Below, one piece after another: positions 53,741 to 64,000 of a DNA stretch of 64,000 bases. The notes under the pieces are model-generated. The model did no database searches. It saw nothing but the letters and a program-made list of their open reading frames with translations, and had not been told where the DNA came from. A program made the translations under genes and the position numbers. Numbering within the stretch: position 1 is the first letter of the stretch; every line of letters starts with the position of its first letter. Source of the stretch: Octopus vulgaris (Eukaryota); the NCBI GenBank assembly GCA_951406725.2, contig OX597814.1, positions 177,754,001 to 177,818,000 of the forward strand, written 5' to 3'.

Positions 53741-55619
53741 ATATATGTGACAGAATAATCCAGGAAAGGGATGTATCTTTGATGCTAATCGAAACAACTT
53801 AGGGTCCGAGTGCTAGTATAGTGTTCTCTCCTTCCAGCTGTCATTTCCTAGATGTTCTGCGAAATCAAATGTAGGATGTCGGAAAGAATGGAAATGTCTG
53901 CTCGTGGCAACATAAGCATCTAACACAATTAGAGGAGGCATGGTTCATATTAAGCCATATTCGCTTACGAGTAACGGCAGCCTGTATTTCTTTCTTTGTA
54001 TCGAACGCAGTTTCCAGCGCATAGTCAGAAAAAAATGTTTTACGAGATGTCTGATGAATACATCTTGTTGTTCTATCCAGTTCCTTATTTGTATTCCTAT
54101 TATAGAAATACAAATGAAGAAATTAATAAACAGCTGTGTTATCACAGTCTGTTCTCCATCCCTCCTAACCCTCTTTCGACTTTATAAACTCTATCACCTC
54201 CATCTCTGCTTTATTTCTTTTTCTACATTACACACATTTTCAAGATTAATCTCCTTATCTCGAAGCTTCTAAAACAGCTATCTTTCCTTTTTCTTTTTTG
54301 TTTATCAGAGCACACACACCTGGCCAATATTCAGAAAAATATAAAATCCATTCAATTAACATACCAACTTTTTGTTTCCATATTTTTCATATATATTCTT
54401 CTACAGTTATGGAAAGAAAGAGAATCGATAGATTCAAACAGTGCATGTTGGTCACCTCTTCGTCTTCATCTCTCTCATATTTTCTTTCCTAAGGTGGAAG
54501 AACAGGCAAAATTTTCGATATTAATAATGTGAAAACTACACCAAATCTTGCTTTAAGCAGCAGCGGCAGACTTGTGTTTTATTTCATATCGCTGGCGATC
54601 TTTCCAATGTGTTCTTGAGGTCATAAACCCATCTTATTTGCCCACTTTAAGTAAACCATATTCACATCTAAACTACTTAAGCCTTTCTAATACAAAATAA
54701 TAATCACAAAGTTATAAAGAAAAAGAGGGTGAAAAGAAAAAAAGAACTGGAAAACAAAGGAACTATTGTATTTTAAAATTCTTGCTATGCATTTCTTCAT
54801 TTTTAGGAATTTTGTTTCCCTTTTGTTCCAAGGTTATTCTCACCATTCTCCTCCGCCGTCCCCTTTTCAATTTCGCCTTTTTCTTCATCATCATATTCTA
54901 CTCCCCATATCCTACCCTTCTTCTTCTTCTTCTTCCTCCTCCTCCTTCTTCCCCTTCACTTCTCCATTGTCTTTTACATACAAATGCACATTAGCGAAAC
55001 TTGCATGCACGTATACACACACACAAACAATCACACGTTCATGCATCCACTCATTCAAAACAAAACCAAAAAACAAAACAAAGAACAAAAAATATAAAAA
55101 AACGGACTACATCTCTTTTTCCATTTCCATCTAAATATCCATTTTGTCAGGAACTACAATTAACATTCACTTCTTTTCTCACATATCTATTCCATTTTCA
55201 ATCTCCGCCTTAAAACCCAATTGCTTCAAGGATTTCTTCCGTCTAGAATGAGAATTTTGACAATGAATTCTGTGAGAGAGAGAGAGAGAGAGAGAGAAAC
55301 AAAATATGGGAGCGAAGGAGACACAGTGAGAGTATGGAGTAAGGAGATGTGAGAAAGAGGGTGACGAAAGAGAGACAGTGAGAGAGAGAAAGAGAATGAG
55401 AGAGAAAGAGAGAAAGAAAGAACGAGGTTAAGAACGAAACACAGCACAAGCTATGTAGATAGAGGAATTGATGAAAATACGGTGAAATAAACAAATAAAT
55501 ACATACAAAAACACATACATATATATATATATATTGGTATACATGCATATATATATATATATTGGTATAAATGTATACATATATATATATTGGTATAAAT
55601 GTATACATATATATATATT

Positions 55620-55663
<44 letters not shown>

Positions 55664-55741
55664 TATAAATGTATACATATATATATATATATATATTTGG
55701 TATACATGTATATATATATATATATACACTATATATATATG

Positions 55742-55778
<37 letters not shown>

Positions 55779-56284
55779 ATTTCTATGGCATTTATGTGTA
55801 TGAGAGAGAGATACAATGTGTGCGAGAGAGAGAGAGAGAAAGACACAGAGGGAAAGAAAGACAAAGAGAATCAGATGTGTCCTTCGAACACCATTATGTC
55901 AAAAGCAATAGCTCTTGATCCATATGTTGCGAAGATAAAAATAAAAATAAAACGTTCTTTGAGAGCTTTCCTGCCAATTTTAAAACTGCACTCATTTCAC
56001 AATTCTGCTATTCGCTTCACAACTATCTTATAATTTCTTCATTCGATTAGAGTTATCTATTTGAAATGTTTAAGATTGGTTTTCCTCATTCGTAGCTAAT
56101 GAAAATAGCATATACACGCAATTATCTTTGTCTCTCTTTCATTCTGTGTGTGTGCGTGTGTGTGTATGTGTGCGTGTGTGTGTTTGTGTGTGTGTGCATG
56201 GGCGTGCGAGCGCGTGTGTCTGTATGCATGTATCAGTGTGTATATTTTCGTGCGCGTGTATATGTGCGTATAGATATGTATATG

Positions 56285-56343
<59 letters not shown>

Positions 56344-56546
56344 AAATAGAAAGATGAATAATCTTGTAGTAGATTAATCAAAAGTTTAACCGATACCTTA
56401 ATAGCAAAAATCACAGCAGTAAACAGCACGGTTGGAGGTACAACCATATGGTGTTGCAACCGTGCGTTGGTGCGGATAATTGAAATTAAAACATTATTGG
56501 TGAATTGAAGAAATGGAGCTGAACGCAGATTGAACAGAAATCGTTT

Positions 56547-56640
56547 TATTTCATTCTACACGTGTTTCGAAAGGCACAAATTACCAAAATCCGATTGAAT
56601 AATGGGACCATATTGTGTCTTTCTCTTCAGGAAGAAAATA
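56547..56640 (-). ncRNA. Type I hammerhead ribozyme (left arm)
   Basis: Reverse complement of 57097-57190. Confidence 0.85.
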
Positions 56641-57096
56641 GGAAATCCGTTGGAAAAACAAAAACAGAACAGAGGCGGAGCAAAAACAAATCGAACTATG
56701 CTCCTAAGAGCCCATGGCGAAACTGTTTATCAGTGTATGTTGAGAACCGGTGGCTGAAACGATCAAACGCACACACGTACACAAAAAATGTTTTCTACCC
56801 CTACGCCAACACACATATATAGAACAGTATACACACACACACGTCTCTAAGTAGATTTTTTCTCGCCCCTTATAAAACATCCAATATTCCTTAAATAGTC
56901 AGAACTTTATTCTCGGTCACAAAGAACACCTACACACCCTCACCCACATGATTGACCGATGCCTGACCCGTTAAATTCTTCAGCCACCGGTTCTCAACAT
57001 ACACTGATAAACAGTTTCGCCATGGGCTCTTAGGAGCATAGTTCGATTTGTTTTTGCTCCGCCTCTGTTCTGTTTTTGTTTTTCCAACGGATTTCC

Positions 57097-57190
57097 TATT
57101 TTCTTCCTGAAGAGAAAGACACAATATGGTCCCATTATTCAATCGGATTTTGGTAATTTGTGCCTTTCGAAACACGTGTAGAATGAAATA
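57097..57190 (+). ncRNA. Type I hammerhead ribozyme (right arm)
   Basis: Stem I TTC/GAA, extendable; CTGAAGA (57107-13); stem II GAAAG (57114-18) / CTTTC (57164-68) extended by cacaa/ttgtg; GAAA (57169-72); palindromic stem III CACGTG; GUA site with predicted cleavage after 57180. All core nucleotides are canonical. Confidence 0.88.
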
Positions 57191-57241
57191 AAACGATTTC
57201 TGTTCAATCTGCGTTCAGCTCCATTTCTTCAATTCACCAAT

Positions 57242-57312
<71 letters not shown>

Positions 57313-57432
57313 ATATATTGATACAGATGGGTGTGTGTGTACACACCCATCTGTATCAATATCACATATATTTCAATATATATACTGTATATATCCATAT
57401 CTAACTCTCTATCTCTATATATACTCGCATAA

Positions 57433-57478
<46 letters not shown>

Positions 57479-57985
57479 GCATGTATTTTAATAGAGATAT
57501 ATGTATATGCATACACATTTATCTGTGTGCGTTGCGGGATTTTGCGTGTGTTTGGGATGTAAAACCATTTTAATCAAATAAATATTTCTAATACTATATA
57601 GGTCTCAGATAAATCTAGTTTTCGAAGTTGCATCGGATTGTAAATTATGATATTATTTTCATTTCACACAAAGCTAAAATTTTATTTTATATTCGAATGC
57701 TAGCGTGATTTCCATAACAAACCCACTTTTGCTCATAGAAAACACGAAGGGAGATACCGTAAGTTTCCGACATCGACCGTATATCGCCGAATATTGCGTC
57801 ACAGTATGTTGGTACGTAGTAGTTTCAAGTACTTCCCTAAATATGGCTAAAACATTGAATTCATCACCGAATTGATACACGGTCAATGAAACTAATTCAT
57901 GTCCGGGAAGTAAAACCAATACTGCGTTTACAAAATGTTGTTTCAAGAAACAAAATCGTATGTAACGAATGGATATATAAATACA

Positions 57986-58461
57986 CTAGCAGTATCACCC
58001 GGCGTTGCTCGGGTTTGTAAGGGAAATAACTATATAAGCATTTTGAGAGAGTTACTTCCCTTATAGATGCCAATTCGGGCTTTCTTAGCCATTTCTGTTT
58101 TGGTATCTTCAAGCCATGAAGTCGTTGTTCTAAAAGAACGCTGGTCTCCTTGACAACGCTTTACGACGTTGATTTCCTTACACTCCCTTCCCCACAGCTT
58201 CACGAGGGAGGGAAGAAGGAGGAGAAGCAAACATCGACACACGAAAAATTATGCATTAAAATGGAATAAAAAATGATGTTAAATTATTTTTAAAATCGTA
58301 GACTTATCGTAGACGCGTTCTAATACCCAGACGGGCTCGATATGAATCACAACTATAAGATACCCGAATTTGGTTAAACTGCACCGCAAAATGTGGGAGT
58401 AGTTAGGAATCTAAATCGAAGGGGACAGACACTCACACAACTACAGTTTTATATATATAGA
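57986..58461 (-). mobile_element. Non-autonomous Helitron (family of 7562-7960)
   Basis: Minus strand: A|TCTATATATATAAAA ... CCCGAGCAACGCCGGG ... CTAG|T. Confidence 0.8.
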
Positions 58462-61164
58462 TATGCATATATGGGTACACGACGTCACCAACATTAAATA
58501 CGAAAACAAATGAATTCAACGCAAACAACAAGTGGCATATATTCCCCGTTATTAGGCTATTTTCCTTAGTCATTGTACGGCGAACGCCATAAGCTTTAAG
58601 CTTATATAAAAGTGCCATTGTTATTAGTTACAGAATTGTAAAATAGGGTACCGTGTTACAAAACCATTCGCACCGAAAGCATATATAGGTAGTTTGTTTA
58701 CATAAAACCAAATACGAACTAATATAGTTCTTAAATTTGACGACTAGCAGGATGCTGGTTCACTGATGTAATGGAAACACACTTAGACACGTTAAGGAAT
58801 GGCTGTAGGTTCGTAATCGCATAACAAGCTGTTGGACATTCGAGTCCCATGCGGATAGAAAGGCCTGTTTTTTTTTCTATTGAGGGCTTATATGCCCCGT
58901 TATTAGACTAATTTCCGCTGTCATTGCACGGTGATCCCCATAATCTTTAAGCTTATATAAAAATACCATATATATATATATAAGTATTCTATATAAAGTA
59001 CTAGGTCGCTTTTTCGACAGCTCTAAAGATCGTTAATTCTCAATGTTAATTGGACACGACAGAAATATACCTTTAATAAGTTCTGCTATGGTTTACAATG
59101 ATATGATTATTCGTAGATTGGAATATATAGCTATATATATATATATACGATGTGTTTTATTGTGTGTGTGAATGTAGCACTCACGCGCGTACGTATGATT
59201 CAATATGCGTAGATTTTATATTAGCAAGGATAAAAATGGAGTGAAAGCACGTGTTGTTGTATGTCCAGATATGTGTATATGTAAATATCATTTTCCCCAC
59301 ACGCATATATACTTATAACGTTTATGAAAATATGTGTTTATAGATGTGTGTGTGTGAGTGCATGTGTATATGTGTATGTATGTCTGTATACCCACACGCA
59401 CACTCATATATAATACATAAGTATACATATATATATATTTACAAATACTCATATAAGCATACGTAAACAAACGCGTCTATACAAACATATACTCACGTAC
59501 ATATAAATGTAAAGATATACACAAATGCATACATGCATACACATATACATATATCGCACATAATATTGTGAAAATACACAAAAAATATATAAATAAAATA
59601 TCAATGGTATATCAATTACGTATGGAAAGATTGATTAATATAGTAATCTCATAAATTTGAAAGGGTTGTAGAGGTAACTTTAATTAATGTTCTCTTATTT
59701 TCTAGCGTTCTGATAGAATATCAGATGCTATTATATTTCCCATAGGGTCAGTCATCGCTACTCCCTACAATCTTAACTGCAGTTACGAAACAGTCGACCA
59801 GTTACATTTCTAAAACTATTTGATGTCTATATCTGTTACAGAAATCAATGCTCATAAGGTCTCTTAGTTTTCCTTTTCCATTATTACCATTCAACAATTT
59901 CATATTATCTTGGGACACGAACGTTCAGAAGCATACACGTATAAATTTTCGCCAGGCAAAACAGTGTGGTTAAGAAGTTTAGCTCGCAATCATGTGGTTT
60001 CCGATTCAGTCTCTCTGCACCACTGCATGATAGCTTACGCGCGTGTCGAGTTGGTTTTTTTGTAGGTAATAGATGACAAGAATACTGAATTCGCATTAGT
60101 TGATGTTGTTTAACCACCATACCAGGCTTACCATCAAAAGCATTCTAGTAGTGATTATCACGTTTTATTCCTCGTTCTAGTGCACACGTTATCCAATAAA
60201 TTAGTATTTTCTAAGATGATATTGCGTGATCTGAAAAATACTTGGTTGCTAGTTCTAGCAAGACAAGAGACCCACGTTAAGAACTTCTCGTTATTTTTCA
60301 TCATTATATATTTTCAGCACTCACCGTCCATTTCGCTTAAATGTCTCCAATAAAACCTAACCGAAATAACAGTAATAAAACAGATGTGTAGGATACGCAA
60401 GCAAATCTAGGTGGAAATAGGAACCAAATTTCACTCAAATTTCACTCAAATTATATCTCAGTTTCCTTGCGATATGAAAGATTCATTTGACAGTAATATT
60501 TGTTGTACCGAGTATAAATAAATATAAATAAAAAGGAGCATTTTAAAGGATTTATGCTCACAAAGAGATGATAAAATGTTGTCGGCCGTTATGAAGCGAG
60601 CTTATAAAATATTTTATAACATTAAAAATATAAAAAAGCATTCATAGCATTTACTGTGCATCCATGTATGCATCGCTCTCAGAAATGAAATGCTTACATG
60701 GGGAATGGTATTATTATAAATGTATCAGAATATAGTAATCCTTATTTGTTGTCATAGTTTTCGTTATTAGAGTTAAAATTCCAAATGAATTTAGTCAAAC
60801 TTGTTCAGGGGCTTCTAATTTGTAGGCAAAAAATTTCAAGATGTTCTTTGCAAGTTAATTTGTATGAGACTCAAAGTTAATCCAGACTATGATTTAGAAA
60901 GTATTACTTTCTATCGTACCCCATTGAAGAATATTGTTTCTTTAGAGGGTCTTTATGTCAATGATGATAACATACACACGGGTATTGTTAGTCAGTTGGT
61001 TAAATATCTAACTAATCGATCGGTTTGTTTTACAATCAATCGGTTGTTCGTACGTCAAAGTGCTTTTGGCGCTGTTTACGATCTTATGAATAGCATGCCC
61101 TCTCTCTTCGCGGCCTGCCGAGGCATTAATTCGGTAAAGTGCAGTTGCAAATTTGCGATCGTTG

Positions 61165-61372
61165 TATAATAATGATCTAAACTTTAGGCTCAAGGCCAGT
61201 AATTTCGAAGAAGTAAGTCGATTACATTGACTCCATTGTTCAAATGGTACCTATTTTATCGACCCCAAAAAATAAAATGGAAAAACCGACTTCGGCGGAA
61301 TTTGAACTCAGAACGTAAAGACGGGTGAAATGCCGCTAAGCATTTCGTTCGGCGTGCAAGCGTTTCTGCCAA
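61165..61372 (-). mobile_element. CORE-type SINE
   Basis: Collinear with 28270-28435. Confidence 0.8.
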
Positions 61373-61980
61373 GCAATAAGTTTGATGCCGTTCATGTCAG
61401 ATAAACAATGTGAAATATTAGTTATAGTAGAACAAGAAGCTTCAAGATAACATTTGATAGTAGTTGTAATAGTCAATGGTTGTGTGAATATTTTGGAAAT
61501 AAAAGTATATTTTTGCCACAGGTGTAGAAATTTGGTTCAAGGAAATATTTCTTTTTCTATTCCTGTGGTGTCGCGTGATATTGAATTTTACTTATCGGAT
61601 GCATTCCAAATATCCATCATACACAAAAGCATCGTTGTAGATCGTAACAGAATCTGTGAAGAATAATCTTTAGAATAGGAGCTGATAAGTTAAAGAGATT
61701 ATTTAAGATGTTGTTTGGGTTGCTTGCAAATCTATGTATGTAATAAAGGTATCCGATGTCTTTCCGTTTAGGAAGATTAAGAATTGCTGAAAAAGTCGAG
61801 ATTCTAACGGTTACATTCCGCTGTTATTTTTCAAACGAATATCACAATATGCTTAGAAATAACCAATGATAATATTTTTTTGAAACGCCCCGCTTTCATT
61901 ACATACATGAACACACACACACACACACACGCGCACACACGCACACACACACTGGATGCTGCTAATATTCTTGCGATCTT

Positions 61981-62872
61981 TCTGGCCCAGTCTGTCGTCC
62001 CAGTTTCCAAAAAGGGAAACAAATCCCTTGCAGTGAACTACCGACCGATCTTGCTCAATTCTGATATCACCAAGGTATTTGAGAGGGTGGTTTGATAACG
62101 GATAACACACTTTCTTGAACGCAACAGACCAACCTAGGTTCGGTAATGGAAGGAACTGCCTAACGCAGCTCCTTTATCACCTTGATATTTTGAAATATTT
62201 GGGAGAGGGCTCGGATACTGATGTCATCTAGCTTGATTTCAGAAAGCTCTTTGACAAGGTGGATCACAAGATCCCCTTGGAAAAACTATCCAGCATTGGT
62301 GTCTCTGGAAATGTACTACAATAGATCAAGTCTTTCCTGACAGGCAGACACAACACGTTGTAGTCGAAAGAGTAAAATAGAGCTCAGCCAAAGTCAGTAG
62401 TGGTGTTCCACAAGGCACTGTGTTCTGCCCACTTCTTTTCATCATCTACATCAATGACAGGCAGGGTGACAAAAGAAACTTTGCATACGATTCCAAGATC
62501 CAGAAGGTCATCAATGAAGTTGGTGACCGGGCATACCTTCAGTATCATCTACTGGCTGTCATCCAATAGCGGAAAAGAATAATATGCTACTGAACAAGGA
62601 GAAACTTGAGTTAATCCACTTCATAAAAAAGGATATCCTGAAACTCCCATACTCCCTTCGTTCACGTGAAATTCATGGCATCTAAAAATATCAGAGACTT
62701 GGGAGTAATTGTGGAAAACAGCAACAGCTGGGCCGCTCAGATAAACAGTAAAGTTGACATGGCCCGAAGAATGTGCTCCTGGATTCGCAAAAGTTTCCAG
62801 TCCAGAGATGTTCACACTATAATCCTTCAATTTTCTACTTACTCAGCATTACCTGACACCTTTGGGCCTTCT
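61981..62872 (+). pseudogene. LINE reverse transcriptase pseudogene (CR1/L2 group)
   Basis: VVPVSKKGNKSLAVNYRPI..KVFERVV; LDFRKLFDKVDH; IKSFLTGRQ; SGVPQGTVFCPLLFIIYIND; FAYDSKI (decayed YADD); IRDLGVIV. Stops and frameshifts present. Confidence 0.9.
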
Positions 62873-62954
62873 TGACAAAATTAACTTTATTATATATATA
62901 ATAAAGGAAAGAAATTTATATATATATATATTTATATAATAAAGGAAAGAAATT

Positions 62955-63009
<55 letters not shown>

Positions 63010-63483
63010 GTAACAAATCATACTTTCTTAAGCAGGAGGGAGAGGGAAACACAAGATAAAGCTGAAGAGAAGCAAATGTGATTTGTTTGCAAAAATGTTT
63101 AATGTAGGAGGAAAATGAATATAGAATCCGTTAATCGTATCAAAATTAAGATTGAATGCATTTTTTTCTGGACATCAATCTATGCATCGGTCTACAGAAT
63201 ACCATGAGTGTGTGAGTGTTTCTACATGCTTGTCTCTGTATTCCTGTATTTCTGTATTGTTTTGTTCGTTCGTGTGCGATAGCCGAATTAGTTTACGACT
63301 TACTGTGTTTAGAAAAAAATTGTGATAGACCATAAGAAGGATTAATATATGTGCGCGTGTACGTATATCGTATTATTTATGTGTGAATATATGCACAGAA
63401 TTAATCGTGTGTGTGTACATACGCATGGTATAATTTATATGTGTATATACGTAAGATATAATTTATGTGTCTATATACTGTTG

Positions 63484-63625
63484 ATTCTTGTTTCAGTCAT
63501 CGGACTGCGGCCATGCTGAGGCGCTGTCTTCAATGTTAAGTCGAATAAATCTTATCTCAGTACTTAGTTTTTAAGCCTGGTCATTCTCTATCACAATCTT
63601 TACTGAACCGCTAGTATACGGTGGC
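63484..63625 (-). mobile_element. 3' fragment of the major SINE family
   Basis: cttgtttcagtcat..gactgcggccatgctg..gaaccgcta matches 11597-11720. Confidence 0.7.
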
Positions 63626-64000
63626 CTGAAGTTATAAGGGAAGACGCTCACCTAGGGTGACGCACTGTGGGAACCAAAACCATATGTTTGAAAAGTGAGC
63701 TCCTTATCCACATAGCCAAACCTGCATCTAAGAAAACATCTGAATAGTTCTTCAGTTATATCCCTATATATATAAAAGGCAGGATGTGTCAGTGTGTGTT
63801 CTACGTTAATGTAATTTATGCACGTCCACAAATTAGCACGCATGTTGATCCAATTTTAGGAGGACATTCGTCATGGTCCTAGCTGTATTTTCGTCGACTT
63901 ATTTTTACCAGAGGCACCAGTGAATGGCAGCAAAAATAATTTTTCAACCAAAACTTTTAACAATTTTCAAGTCGGAGAAATCACCATTGTTTGCGAACAG

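Larger units (their letters stand above)
56341..57250 (-). mobile_element. Very young non-coding fold-back element (PLE pLTR inversion) with two intact hammerheads, in (TA)n
   Basis: 272-bp inverted arms 56487-56758 and 56979-57250, identical by eye; 220-bp spacer; unique 146-bp tail 56341-56486; (TA)n on both sides. Confidence 0.85.

Noticed and set aside
56487-57250. Interpretation as a MITE, or as an assembly-induced palindrome
   Set aside because: A one-sided tail, hammerheads and the same anatomy as ORF-bearing PLE inversions in this window favour a PLE origin. Diverged analogues (52609-53314) show such structures are real, though read-level confirmation is still needed.
2570-59470. Dozens of Y/I/C/V/H/T-rich ORFs in the track (e.g. 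4238-4675, 5694-6350, 23821-24141, 40968-41378, 44883-45323, 55243-55707)
   Set aside because: They are translations of (TA)n, (CA)n and (TATC)n microsatellites, open in several frames and on both strands; no coding signal.

Overview
This is an AT-rich, microsatellite-saturated eukaryotic intergenic or intronic window. The SINE families and simple-repeat landscape point to a cephalopod, most likely Octopus; that is my inference, not a database result. I found no supportable host protein-coding exon, and almost all ORFs in the track are translations of (TA)n, (CA)n, (TATC)n or (CAT)n tracts. The only real long ORF (36035-37528) is the 3' half of a young Penelope-like retroelement (PLE). It carries an RT YRDD motif, thumb, CxCx5C linker and GIY-YIG endonuclease, is flanked by ~830-bp inverted pseudo-LTRs and is inserted in (TA)n. 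The main hidden signal is RNA-level. Intact type I hammerhead ribozyme (HHR) cores sit in both arms of this element and of a 0.9-kb non-coding fold-back element (56341-57250). About ten more minimal or decayed HHR motifs lie in short, mostly (TA)n-embedded modules. Five separate inverted (fold-back) PLE-type insertions occur in 64 kb. Other content: a decayed Tc1 transposon, two non-autonomous Helitrons, CR1/L2-group LINE fragments and at least four tRNA-derived SINE families. All coordinates and base pairings were read by eye; repeat boundaries are approximate (about +/-10-20 bp unless stated).
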